DNA of 64,000 bases, taken from NCBI RefSeq assembly GCF_009914755.1, contig NC_060926.1; one strand, given 5' to 3'. The DNA comes from the human T2T-CHM13v2.0 reference genome, Homo sapiens. The translations under genes were made by a program, and so were the position numbers. Shown here piece by piece: positions 25,976-39,388 of this stretch (its first letter is position 1; every line of letters begins with the position of its first letter). The notes beneath the pieces are model-generated. The model saw nothing but the letters and a program-made list of their open reading frames with translations, was not told where the DNA came from and did not search any database.

Positions 25976-26709
25976 TGAAACTGCCATTGCAAAAATTATA
26001 ACATTGAGAAAATTATGACACTGAAAGAAATCTGATCTGACCAACTCCATCTTGCCTTTAACCTCCAAACTGCCCTTGGTCATTCCTAAGCATGGGCCAA
26101 GCTAACTTTGGGAGTAATTTATAGTTCAAATGACAGTAGTCCTTCCTAAAACTCAACTGCCTCTGTAACACTAATGAAAAGTCACTAGGTTGGGAGAATG
26201 AGAGGGGCCTGAATTCCACTAAGATGTAGGCATAGTTAAACAATTACTAGCCATTATTCCAGAGGTCATAAGATTTACAACTTTCCCTATTACTCCTGTA
26301 AATTACATTACTATTGTATAACCCAAGATTGGTCTTTTGAGATGTCTTTTCAGGTTTTGCACTTTTGAGGGTTGGATGGCACCACTTGGATCCATGACTC
26401 TTGACTTAACTGGTACTGTGGTCCTCACCCAGAAGTGGACTTAGTGCATGAGGACCATTTTCCACACCCCTATGATTGCATGCCCAACTAATCAGTAGCA
26501 CCTATTCCTCAGCCCCATGCCCGCCGAACTATTTTTGAAAAACCCTACCCTCCAAATTCTGGGGGAGGCTGATTTGAGTAATAATAAAACTCTGGTCTCC
26601 CATTTAGCTGGCTCTATGTGAATTAAACTATTTCTGTAGTCCAATTCCCCTGTCTTGATAAATTGGTTCCATCTGGGCAGTGGGGAAGAGAACTTGCTGG
26701 GCAGTTACA
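25976..26709 (+). mobile_element. LTR8-family ERV1 solo LTR
   Basis: tgaaactgccattgcaaaaatt...gggcagttaca; TSD GTAT/GTGT. Confidence 0.85.
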
Positions 26710-26961
26710 GTGTGGTCCTGGTGACAGTAGATTAGGTTGATTTTCTGCATGGAGGAGAATGGAATGAGAAAGTGTCTTGGCAGTCTGTGGAAATTCAGAA
26801 TGGTTAAGCCAATGATAGCAAGGGTTCTACTGCATTTACTAGCAGGAGCTCCATCTTCTCCTGTCAAACCCACTGTTGACTGAAACTCAAAAACATATAG
26901 AATCAATAAAACATGTTATAACAATTCTTATTTAACTTTCTTCTTAAGAGGTCTAACTATT

Positions 26962-27297
<336 letters not shown>

Positions 27298-27956
27298 TTA
27301 CCAGGCCATCAATTTTAAAAATTTATACACTGGATTCATTCAGTAAACATAGAATTATTTGCTACTAAACTGCAAAGTGCTGTGCTAGGCCCTGTGCTGA
27401 ACTTATAAAATGAAACTATCAATGTGTTTTCCATGTCCTGGTCTCTGACAAGAGAGTAGCAGGAACGGGCCAAATGACTAGGGCCCGGAATTTGACTCAG
27501 GATAGGGAAGACCACATCCTGTCTCCCATTTCTGCTTCTCATTAACAGGAAGCTGTGTGTGTTCAGAGAGTGCTGCAGACATTAATCATATTCACAGACA
27601 CCGAGGGAGACTTTCTAACATTCACGAGTGTGTGCTGCCCCAAGGTCAGCAAAGGTCATCCAGAAAGTCAATGTTGAAGGAAGAGTAAGGATCATGCTGC
27701 CTGTGGGATGGAGCCACCAGATGGCCCCAAATGTTAGCCTGGGCTCACATGGGGTCATTTATCTTCACCTTTACCAGGGAGAATGAGCAGTGAGTTTCCT
27801 CAATGGGTCTCTAAGGGCTGTACTGATTGTTTCATAGAACCACTGGGGGAAGAAAGGAATCATAGGAGAGAATGCACTTATAAAATATCAAGCAGCATAA
27901 TTGTTATTTATAAAGCTGCTTTTTCATGCTCTGGCATGTCTTTAAAAATTTTCCTA

Positions 27957-28298
<342 letters not shown>

Positions 28299-30305
28299 CT
28301 AGAGGATGCAGTGCCTCACCAGTGAGAATGCTTGTGGAGCTACTGCCATGAATAAACGGGGAACAATTTTCACCCATGCCTGGGGAAGGCATGAGGGAAT
28401 TGTGCTGCAGGTTCATTTATCAAACAAACTAGGTGAAGCACAGGTCTTAGGGAATGACTGTCAAAGCATTCATGATTCCTTCTTCCAAGTTTAGTTCTGT
28501 GGGAACAAGTGGTGTAATCCAGACCCAGGGGCTCCGAGTTGGCATTGACCCCTAAGGACCAAAATGCTGAAGAGAAACTTATTAAGACCAGTAAATAATT
28601 GACATGGGCTCCTGGAGACACTCAGTGAAGCATTTCCAAGGCATCTAACCACAAACTGTAAATGTTAATTGGCACCCTTAGATAATAGACTCAGATAAGG
28701 AGATCAAAGGCACAGGAAGTCATAACTCCTGACATCGCTTTTCAGACAAGTCAGGTTAGAATCATCTTACTCTTCAAAATGCTTTTCACAGTGTTTCTGC
28801 CCTGATGGGCACAGAAAGTTTAATTATAGAGTGATCAGCAAGAGGGTGGAGTCTGCCCTTCATGATCAAGTCTGGACAATCAAGTGTGAGGAATATTTGT
28901 TTAGAATAAGGCTGTTTATTCTCTCTCTGGAAGCTGAAGTGCATCTCAGCTGTCAGATTAATCATTAAACTAAGCAATTTTTAGATAAACTTAATCTGAA
29001 AATTAGCCCCATGGCTTCCCCAGCACTGAACTCAAGCCCATCTTCCTTGAGTTACGTGATGATGGTGTTTCATAGTTCTATAATTTACTCCCAATGCAGT
29101 TCCAGGGTCTTCCTCTTTCTCTCCCTCTAGGTTTCAGAGTAGCCTCTTCAGGAGGTTCTCAGCCATGAAGACTCTACCCCAAGGGAGCTTATTCCACAGC
29201 TGACCCCTCACAAGGGCAAGTTCACAGAGGAAAGAGATCTGAATGCGTTTCCTCCCGTCCTTCTGAGGAGGCAGGAGCTGACCTAGCTGTGCTGAGGCCA
29301 ACTCTGAACCTCACTTGTCCAAGTTTCTGGGATTCCTTCCCAGGTATGTAGCGTTGGGAGGACAAGACATGGGAGGAGAAGAGCTGACTCCTACTCAAGG
29401 ACATTTAGTAGTGGCATTCTCTTACCTTCTGAGTATCTCCTTTTCTTCAAACAAGCAGTAGACTACGTTAGAGCCTTTACTCAAACTCCCAATACAGTGC
29501 AGTCTCATCCAATTCTCCCCACAACTTGAGGAGCTGTTCTCTCTTTGCTGTCCAAGCTGTATGACTTCCCTGGGGTCCCAGGGTGGCATCCTGAGAAGTG
29601 AAAACAATATAAAATGAAGGGAAATAAAGAAAAGCCTGCTCCCTGCTGAGTCTGAGCTCCAGCATACTGGGTACAAGTCAGGGACAAGTCTCCTTTCCTT
29701 CCTCAACATGCTCATTTGGGGCTTCCATGCTGTTTTGCAGGAGTGGAGAAATTTAAAATGGAAATGGACTAGCTGGCCAAAAACAGAAAAACATTTTCTT
29801 ACACCTTGAGGCTGATTTCCAAAGCAGATAGGTGGCAGACCTTGTCTGGCTTTGGTCTGGCAGAATGCACTGGTCATGAACTTCACTTGCAGTGGAAAAC
29901 AGCCTCTTTTCAATGGCTCAGAGGAGCCAGAATCATTTCTGCACAGAGGGCCTTCCAGTGGTTTATTTAGGACAGTATTCTTTTCTGCTACGTCAGTTAG
30001 ACCTTCTCAGCATCCCCAATATACAGAGTTTATTGTAGTTGAAGGAAAGTCCTACCTCATTAAGAACGCAGGTAAAGCCTTGGGGCTGTTGAAAGAGATT
30101 TCAGGCAAAGTCTTTTTGCAATTAGTATATTCTAATAAAAGAAGAAACTGTGTGTCATGGGCTAAGATAGATGAGCATCATCTGTGGGCCAACACATTGC
30201 ACAGAAACAGATTTATGGGGCTGACAGGATCAACTCCAAGAAGGAAGAAAATTCAGGCCAAAAATAAGGCCAAATACTCCTCTTCTCATTCAGGGCCATG
30301 GTACA

Positions 30306-30672
30306 TGCTGTGCTTTGAATACATCCCTCAAATTTCATGTGTTGGGAACTTAATCCATAAATTCATATGTAGATGGTATTTGAAGTTGACACCTTTGGCA
30401 AGTAATTAGGATTCGATAAGGGTATCAGGGTGTGATCCACATGGTGGGACTGGTGGCTTTATAAGAAGAGAGAGGCCTGAGCTGGAATGCTCTTGCCCTC
30501 TCACCATGCAATGCCCTCAATCATGTTATGACACAGCAGAGAGGGCCTTACCAGATTCTGGAGCCATGCTCTTGGACTTCCCAGCCTCCAAAACTGAGCC
30601 AAATGAACTTCTGCTCTTTACATATTGCTTAGTCTATGATATTATTACAGCAACAGAAAATGGACTAAGACA
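30306..30672 (+). mobile_element. MSTC-like MaLR solo LTR
   Basis: TG...CA termini, 5-bp TSD GTACA. Confidence 0.88.
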
Positions 30673-31048
30673 GTACAGAGTGAGAGATTGGCAAATAACC
30701 CAACAGTTGTCCTGCAGTTATATCTGTGCATGTCAGTTATGAATGGACTTAGATTCTTATCTCCATGTAACATACAGCTCCACTCTTGGGTTTATGACAG
30801 CAGTTATCAGAAGCCCAGGAGGGAAAGGTAGTCCTGAGACCACTGCAGGCAATACTGACATGGAGGGATGAGAAGAGGTGGCACAGTCCTTTGCTACAGC
30901 TTTTCAAAGAGCCCAGGTCTACTGCTGGAGATGTGATTATTTCCTAGGGACAAAATGAGTTAAGAACCAGACATGTGCATATAAAAGTTCCCATGTTTCC
31001 TTCCTGTGGTTTTCAGACTTCAGGCTGCATAAAAATTAGTGCACAGGA

Positions 31049-31052
<4 letters not shown>

Positions 31053-31084
<32 letters not shown>
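31053..31084 (+). repeat. (AC)16 microsatellite
   Basis: Direct read. Confidence 0.97.
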
Positions 31085-31086
<2 letters not shown>

Positions 31087-31534
31087 AGTTTATGGTACTT
31101 TGTGGGCTATGTCACAGCTATCATGGATGATGGAGACTTTAACCGTTTTCTGATTTGAGGTCAAGTTCTGCCCAGAGCACGCAGCCTGGGGCTGGATTGA
31201 CACTGCTTTGCATTGTGCATAGTTGCTCTGGACAGAGGGAATGTTTGGTTCCCTCTATTTGTGGTGAAGAACTTTTCCTGAGCTGAGGTCCGCAGCCCCG
31301 TCCTGATCCTCCATTTGGGGAATGTTGACAAGACAAGGCTGATTCTTCCTGCAATTTGTACCCCAGCAGGGTCTCTGCAGTTTCAGGACCTCTTTTTTGG
31401 CTTGGAAGATTTAGACATTTCATGTTCTCAACTGCTCCAAAAATTTATAAGGCCTTGGGAAACCTATTTATATTAACTACACTTAGAAGAGATCGAATTA
31501 CAATCCGAGTTAAAATTTGGTTACTGTTAGAGTT

Positions 31535-31905
31535 TGTATCGATCAGGATAGGCCTGGCTATGCCACCATGATAGCTCTAACTCAGGGGCTCAAAGCAACA
31601 AAGCTTTCGTTCTCATTGATGCAAAGGCCACAGCAGGCTGGGGCAGCTGTCCTCCAAGCAATGGCTTGGTGTTGCACCTCCACATCAACCATGTTGTTAT
31701 GATTGATGACAGAGGGAGAGAGGGCATGCTGGAGGGTCTCCCGCTGCTACTTACATTCTCCCCTGAAGTAACACAGCCACCTCCACTCACAGCTCATGGG
31801 CCAAAACAAAGCATGCAGCCACATCAAATCTCCAGGGAGCAGGGAAAAACAGTGCCTGGAAGGAAAGGGACTGGAAATATTGGCATTAACCTTTCTAACC
31901 ACTAG
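31535..31905 (-). mobile_element. Old MLT1 (K/L-like) LTR
   Basis: tcaggataggcctggctatgc...ctcacagctcatgggccaaaac. Confidence 0.55.
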
Positions 31906-32020
31906 CATGTCCATGGCTGTATTCCCTCCAGATGGCAAAGAACCTAAGAAATGGAGTCACCAAGTAGATGTCAGTGAGCATAAGCTGCACGACAGGAGCT
32001 GATGAGCGCTTTTAAAACAT

Positions 32021-32128
32021 AATTGTTAATAACAGCTAACGTTCGTTAATAATAGCTAACATTCGTTAATAATAGCTAACGTTTGTTAATAATAGCTAAC
32101 GTTTGTTAATAATAGCAAATGTTTGTTG
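32021..32128 (+). repeat. 20-bp minisatellite, about 5 copies
   Basis: Unit gtttgttaataatagctaac. Confidence 0.95.
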
Positions 32129-32361
32129 AATGCCTACTTTGTAGATTTTGGTATAGGACATACAGTTTTGCCTGTTATGATGAGTTTAACGAGCCTTTGT
32201 TCCTCGGTTGAGTCAGTTTGAGACCAGACTATTAGTGGCCATCAGAAACAGGATTTCTTCTACCCATTCATTTTTATGCCTCTCACCTGAATCATGTTAC
32301 TTTGTGGCAAAAATTTTCTAACAGATTCAATTATGACTTTATTTTTGCATCACATACATGG

Positions 32362-32490
32362 ATATATGTATATATATACACACACACACACACAGATATA
32401 TATATCTGTGTGTGTGTGTGTGTGTGTGTGTGTATTATGTGTGTCTATATATGTGTCTATATCTACATCTATCTATCTGTCTATATGTAT
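32362..32490. repeat. Compound (TA)/(CA)/(TG) microsatellite with a perfect palindrome
   Basis: a(ca)8gatata|tatatc(tg)13. Confidence 0.95.
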
Positions 32491-32709
32491 TCATCAATGA
32501 TCAATTCTTCCATGGTCAATTTCAGTGAAGCCTCTTTTTTTTTTTTTTTGGTGAATTTTAGAAGTACACTGGTTTCCTTGATTACATTTGAGAGATATAC
32601 TAATATTACCTGCAAAACAGTCCTCTTACCTTACCCCTGGATTATAAAAGGGACTTCATGGCAGCTATCCATGAACTGATTACATTTCCACATATTTGAA
32701 AAATCTCAT

Positions 32710-35000
32710 TATATTGGTCCATTTTCATGCTGCTGATAGAGACATACCTGAGACTGAGCAATTTACAAAACAAAGAGGTTTAATGGACTTACAGTTTCAT
32801 GTGGCTTGGGAGGCCTCACAATCATGGTGGAAGGCAAAAGGAATGTCTCACATGGTGACAACAAGAGAAGAGAATGAGAGCCAAGTGAAAGGAGTTTCCT
32901 CTTAAAAAACCATCAGATCTTGTGAGACTTATTCACTACCATGAGAACAGTAAGGGGGAACTGCCCCCTGGATTCAATTATCTTCCACTAGTTCTTTCCT
33001 ACAACACAAGGGGATTATGGGAGCTACAATTCAAGATGAGATTTGGGTGGGGACACAGCCAAACCATATTATTCTGCCCCTAGACCCTCCCAAATCTCAT
33101 GTCTTCACATAATTATGCCTTCCCAACAGTCCCCCAAAGTCTTAACTCATTTCAGCATTAACTGAAATGTCCACAGTCCAAAGTCTCATCTGAGACAAGG
33201 CAAGTCCCTTCTGCCTATTTAGCCTGTAAAATCAAAAGCAAGTTAGTTACTTCCCAGATATAATGGGGGTACAGACATTGGGTAAATACAGCCATTCCAA
33301 ATGAGAGAAATTGGCCAAAACAAAGGGGCTACAGGCCCCATGCAATTCTGAAATCCAGCGGGGCAGTCAAATCTTCAAATTCCAAAATGATCTCCTTTGA
33401 CTCCATGTCTCACAAGCAGGTCATGCTGATGCAAGGGGTGGGTTCCCATGGTCTTGGGCAGCTCTGCCCCTGTGGCTTTGTAGGGTACAGCCTCCCTCCT
33501 GCCTGCTTTCACAAGCTGGTTTTGAGTGTCAGCAGCTTTTCCAGGCTCATGGTGCAAGCTGTCAGTGGATCTACCATTCTGGGGTCTGGAGGATGGTGGC
33601 CCTCTTCTCATAGCTCCACTAGGCAGTGCCCCAGTAGATGTGTGGGGACTCCAACCCCATATTTCCCTTCCACACTGCCCTAGTAGAGGTTCTCCATGAG
33701 GGCCCCACCCCTGCAGCAAACTTCTCTCTGGAGATCCAAGCATTTCCATACATCCTCTGAAATCTAGGCGGAGGTTCCCAAACCCTAATTTTTGACTCCT
33801 GTGCACTCACAAGCTCCACACCATGTGGAAGTTGCCAAGGCTTGGGGCTTGGACCCTCTGAAGCCATGGCCCAAGCTGTACTTTGGCCCCTTTTAGTCAT
33901 GGCTGGAGCCGCTGAAACATAGGGCACCAAATCCCTAGACTGCACACAGCAGAGGGACCTGGGCGTGGCTCAGGAAACTATTTTTTCCTCCTAGGCCTCA
34001 GGGCCTGTGATGGGAAGGCTGCCACAAAGGTCTCTGGCATGCCCTGGAGACATTTTCCCCATTGTCTTGGTGATTAACAGTTGGCTCCTTGTTATTTATG
34101 CAAATTTCTGCAGCTGGCTTGAATTTCTCCTCAGAAAATGGGTGTTTCTTTTCATCACACTGTCAGGCTGCAAATTTTCCAAACTTTTATGCTCTGTTTC
34201 TCTTTTAAAACTGAATGCCTTTATCAGCACCCAAGTCACCTCTTGAATGCTTTGCTGCTTAGAAATTTATTCTGTCTGATACCCTAAATCATCTCTCTTG
34301 AGTTCAAAGTTCCACAAATCTCTAGGGCAGGGACAAAAGGCTGCCAGTCTCTTTGCTAAAACATAACAAGAGTCACCTTTGTTCCAGTTCCCAACAAGTT
34401 CCTCATCTCCCTCTGAAACCACCTCAGCCTGGATTTCATTGTCCATATCATTATTAGCAGTTTGGTCAAAACCATTCAACAAGTCTCTAGGGAGTTCCAA
34501 AGTTTCCCACATTTTCCTGTCTTCTTCTGAGCACTCCAAACTGTTCCAACCTCTGCCTGTTACCCAGTTACAAGGTCTCTTCCACATTTTCAGGTATCTT
34601 TTCATCAGCAGTACACTCTACTGGTACCAATTTACTGTATTAGTCCGTTTTCATGCTGCTGATAAAGACATACCTGAGACTGGGCAATTTACAGAAGAAA
34701 GAGGTTTAATGGATTCACAGTTCCATGTGGCTGGCGAGGCTTCACAATCATGGAAGAAGGCAAAAGACATGTCTCATATGGTGGCAGACAAGAGAAGAGA
34801 ATGAGAGCCAAGCGAAAGGTTTTTCCCCTTAAAAAAAAAATCAGATCTTGTGAGAATTATTCACTGCCATGAGAACAGTATGGGGGAAACTGTCCCCATG
34901 ATTCAATTATCTCCCACTGGGTCCCACCCACAACATGTGGGAATTATGGGAGCTACAATTCAAGATGAGATTTAGGTGGGGGCACAGCCAAGCCATATTA
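32710..35000 (-). mobile_element. Full-length THE1B MaLR element (LTRs 32710-33071 and 34636-35000)
   Basis: Two similar LTRs, about 1.56-kb internal region ending ctggtaccaatttac, 5-bp TSD CTCAT (32705-32709, 35001-35005). Confidence 0.95.
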
Positions 35001-35320
35001 CTCATTTTCTTTAGTAAGAAAGTAATGATTGTATTATCTCAGGATTTTCAACATCTCAGTTTGGAATCCTCCTCCCTGTAACTACAAGATATAATATTTT
35101 CAATTTGTGTATCTGGCTTAATATTGAACATCTCAACAGATGCTCATGAATCTTCATTGATAATTTTATGGCTGAATAAAGAGAATCTCCTCTTCCCTTT
35201 TAGTTAGCTTAGATTACCATATATTTATGTAAATTGTATTTAATTAATCTTGTTTTATGCCTAATTGTATTACAATTCATTTTACTCATCCTTGCTTTGA
35301 TATTTAAACATTTTTAAAGG

Positions 35321-35549
35321 TGTTTTTGTTTTGTTTAGTATTTTTTTTTTGAGACAGAATCTCATTCTGTCACTCAGGCTGGAGTGCAGTGGCACGATCA
35401 CTGCTCACTGCAGCCTTAACCTCTGGGCTCAGGCAATGCTCCCACCTCAGCCTCTCAAATAACTAGGACTACAGGCATGTACCTCCACACCCAGCTAACT
35501 TTTAAAATCTTTTTGTAGAGACAGGGTCTCCATATGTTGCCCAGGCAGG
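35321..35549 (-). mobile_element. 5'-truncated AluJ
   Basis: gctcactgcagcctt...gggctcagg; TSD-like taaacatttt. Confidence 0.88.
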
Positions 35550-35846
35550 TAAACATTTTAAAAGATTTGATGTTTGTTGACTCTCCTTAATGGCTTCCTT
35601 TTGCCAAACACAAAACAATTAAGGGTAAATTAAAGTGCACATACTCACTGAGAAAATTCAAGCAATTTCAAATGCCTGTCTTTCCTTTGAGCAGGTTTAT
35701 ATCAGATGGAAGCTCCTACAGCCATTGGATGTATACATTGTACAGTGGCCATAGTCTCCACTGGGAATCCTAAGGTTGCTAAAGATGAAACTCCATGGCT
35801 GATCTGAGCCTTCACCCTAAGATTTTGGGTTTTCAAACTCAGTAGG

Positions 35847-36440
35847 TTTTTTTTTTTTTTTTGAAAAATTGTTTATCTTTTTTTCAGAGTGAAGGATTAT
35901 AATGAAAGAACATCATTTTCTTGCTTCCTCTGGAAGCCTGGGGTGGACTGCTGTGGGGCGAGTGGAGCCCCATCTTCCCAGGAGGATATTCTCCCTTTTT
36001 CCAGTGCTGGTTCCTTTGGCCATGGCCAATGATGGTGGCCTTTGCAGCACTCCTTGATGTCACCACCCTCCACCAGAGCCAGGTTATGATGTGGGCTGTG
36101 GAGCCCACCTGCTGCCAATTGACGGTGAATCCTCCCAGCTGCCCCACCAATCACAGTTTGGTCAGCAGCTGTTATCCAGTGACTTTGCCATACGGAGCAC
36201 ACAACTGCCAGCAATTGCTTCCCGTGGCAGTCATGGCTGTTCTCTGTGAAGTAGGGTACCTGTTATCTTCAGCACCTTTTGTAGGGTCCTTGAGCTTCAA
36301 TAATGCATGTCCACATGCCTCTGCATCTCACTTGTCCACCTGTCACTATCACCTCTACGAGTAGCTCAAACGATTCTCTGGTGAGTTTTCTCTCGGGACA
36401 GCCACCTTGCCCTGCAGCTTCCTCAAGGATGTTGTCCACA
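35847..36440 (-). pseudogene. Candidate processed pseudogene, SART3-like RRM region, heavily diverged
   Basis: T16 run at left end; frameshifted collinear peptides PERKLTRESFELLVEVI, RYPTS, QLCAPYGKVT, EGGDIKE, KATIIGHGQR resemble recalled SART3 C-terminus. Confidence 0.45.
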
Positions 36441-36530
36441 CCTCTTTGGAGAGCGAGGGCAATGTCTTCCTCAATTTTATGAGCCCCACAGCAGAGTCCT
36501 ATATATAGTAGGTGTTCAATAAATGTTTGG
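36441..36530 (+). mobile_element. L2 3' end
   Basis: atagtaggtgttcaataaatgtttg. Confidence 0.65.
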
Positions 36531-37451
36531 TAAAAAATCCAACTCCTAGGATGGACCATATGAAATTGTCAATATACAACTCTTTTTCTGACTCACAAAA
36601 ATGACAGTTGCATATGGTTCACTTCATATATGATACAATAATTTTTAACTCATTAAAATTGCAATATGTATTATCAGCTCTCAGATTGTTCTTAAAATAG
36701 AATATTATTACCTGAAAAGTTTTTACTTGGTTACTGTTGAATCACAGTCATTTCATCCTTTTCCTGAACATGCATTGCAAGCTTCAGATAATTTTAAGGC
36801 ACGAGAAATAATGTACTATATGTATTTTAATCAACTGTGTAGGACCTTTCGATGCAACACTTGATGTCTTTCTAGATCGAAATCTAAACAGCTCAAAGAA
36901 TCGCTCAGAAATGTTATCAGATCTCCAGTTTAAAATAATACAGTGTCTCTTCTAATTTCTCACTAACACAGCTAAGAAAATAGGAAAATAGTAAAACTCA
37001 TTGCAACATGAAGTGGTAACAACCAACAAAAGTCTTAATGCCATGACCTGGGAGGAATTAACACCAATCACAACAGAAAACAAAGCTGGGTAGAATCAAA
37101 CAAGTAAACAAATAAACATCAGTTGGGTGATTCAACCAATGCTATTCCGAGTCTTTCCCTAAACAAAATTGGGATGACCTTTTCTCCCTCCTCCCCCTCC
37201 TCTTTCTTTTTCTTCCCCTCCTCTTTCTTTTTCTTCTTCAAAATCACTCTGTCTTCTAACTTAGGCACCTGGGGTCTGTATCAGCAAGAGAATTGTGTGG
37301 GTCAGCCACCTCTTCTCCTTGGGGCTGCATTTCCCTTCCCCACCAGTTCTCATCTCTGCTCATAAGCAGCACAGGAGAAAGGTGATGAGGATAGTCAGGG
37401 AGGCAGGATAGACAAGGCTCAGAGCACTTTGGGAGTTATAGTCCTCAGGAG

Positions 37452-37885
37452 TGAGAAAGAAAAGAAACTTTTTATCTGAGGAATGTGAGCCCCCCTTAAT
37501 TACCAGGCCCAGAGGGGCAATGAAATGTGATAGCGTGTGACAGCAGTCACGTCTCACTCCTTCTTGAGCTAAATAATTACCTCTTGAAGCCACCTGCTAT
37601 GTGGGCTCTAGACTAACTGACGCCAAGTAGCCATAAAGTGCCATACACCCTATAGTTCACCAATGTACAGCCAATCACTAATCAATGTTATTTCTGTAAA
37701 CCAATAAGAATTTGACAATAACTTTCTATCAGCCCACTCCCTGTCCCCCTTCTGCCTTTAAAACCTTGCTTGTAACAAAGGTCAAAGGGAGTGCTCCCCA
37801 GAGCAACTTAGAAGTGTCTGCTGGGAAGCTGTTGGCCCAAATAAATTCTATTAATTTTGGCTCAGTTTCTTTCTTTGGGTTGACA
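37452..37885 (+). mobile_element. Solo LTR (LTR47-like)
   Basis: TG...CA termini, TSD GGAG, AATAAA near 3' end; family from memory. Confidence 0.8.
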
Positions 37886-38250
37886 GGAGTATATAATAAA
37901 AACAATGTTTGCCAAAGTTTACGGAGTGCTGACTATGTACTAGGTCTTATATTGAGCATTTAACAACAATTACTAGGGGAATTTCTATTAAATCTTTATT
38001 TTCCAGCAATGGCCTTCTCTTAATTAATTTCATTGCTTTACTCTTGGGAATTACCTGGATTCTTTCCTCTAATTCCAAACAGTTTCTGTGCATCTTTCTA
38101 GATGAATCTAGAAGTCCTTAAAAATTATAGTTCAATGATAGATCAATCCCCAGCAGACCTGCGCTGCTCTCTGAAAGGGCTTTTTGTCAGTCCAGAGTGA
38201 TTCAAGAACCAACTACTCTAAGGTGTGCTCAGGCCAAAATATATCTGTAG

Positions 38251-38570
<320 letters not shown>

Positions 38571-39352
38571 TAACCCAATTTTGTAAGATCAGGTCTGCAA
38601 ACCTGTAATTACCTGTGTAATTAAAGTGAGATATATCATTAAAATATTCAATTTTTTTTAAAAAAATTCCTTTTTGTTTCTGTAAAAATCATGTCTGCTT
38701 ATTTTTTAGAATTTAAGCAGCGCAGAAAGAGTTGAAAGAGAAAAGTTAAAGAGAAAAATCATCAAATTTCTGCCCTTGAGAAATAACCATTTTAGATTTA
38801 AGGAAAATAAATACAAGCCCCAACAAAAGATTCTTAATAATTGAAGATATAGCTAAGTAAAAAGGATTTCCAAAATACACTCACACTAATTATATTTAGA
38901 GTTTGCAGTTTGATTAGAACTGCCTACAGGGTGTGATTTGAGGCCTCTTTGCTAAAACATAATTCTCCCGGGCTGTCAGAGGTGTATGAAAAGCCCCTCC
39001 CCCATCCCCTCCCTAAGGTTTCACTCCAGCTTCAAGATTCTGCTGACCTTGGGCAAATCACCCCATCTCTCTAGTCCTCAGACTCTTCAGTTTCAAAATG
39101 AGGGGGCTGGACCAAGTCATCCCTGAAGGCCCCTCCATGACTGACAGTCTAGGGGCTGTTTTCCCTGTTAAATTGGAAAGTGTCCTATGAGGTGCTTGGA
39201 TGGTATGAATGGAAGTGGAGATCTCAGAAATATGGGGGTAGGAGGAACTCAGGGGAACCACAGGCTGTGTGATTCCCCTGAGTTCATCTAACCCTATAGG
39301 AGGAACGGGAGGAATGAATGGAGGAAATGCAGATACTTGGGACAAAGGTGAA

Positions 39353-39354
<2 letters not shown>

Positions 39355-39383
<29 letters not shown>
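39355..39383 (+). repeat. (GA)n microsatellite
   Basis: Direct read. Confidence 0.95.

Positions 39384-39388
<5 letters not shown>

Noticed and set aside
29852-30409. 185-aa ORF
   Set aside because: TTG start, no recognisable domain, runs into an MSTC LTR
32021-32128. Regular short repeats resembling a CRISPR array
   Set aside because: Head-to-tail units, no spacers, no cas genes, primate DNA
33375-34804. Cluster of 79-143 aa ORFs
   Set aside because: Fragments of THE1 internal and LTR sequence, not host genes
36013-36140. H2A.Z-like (GRIHRQL, KATI) or PRPF3-like (LVEGG) peptides
   Set aside because: Isolated matches with wrong spacing; SART3 gives more collinear blocks
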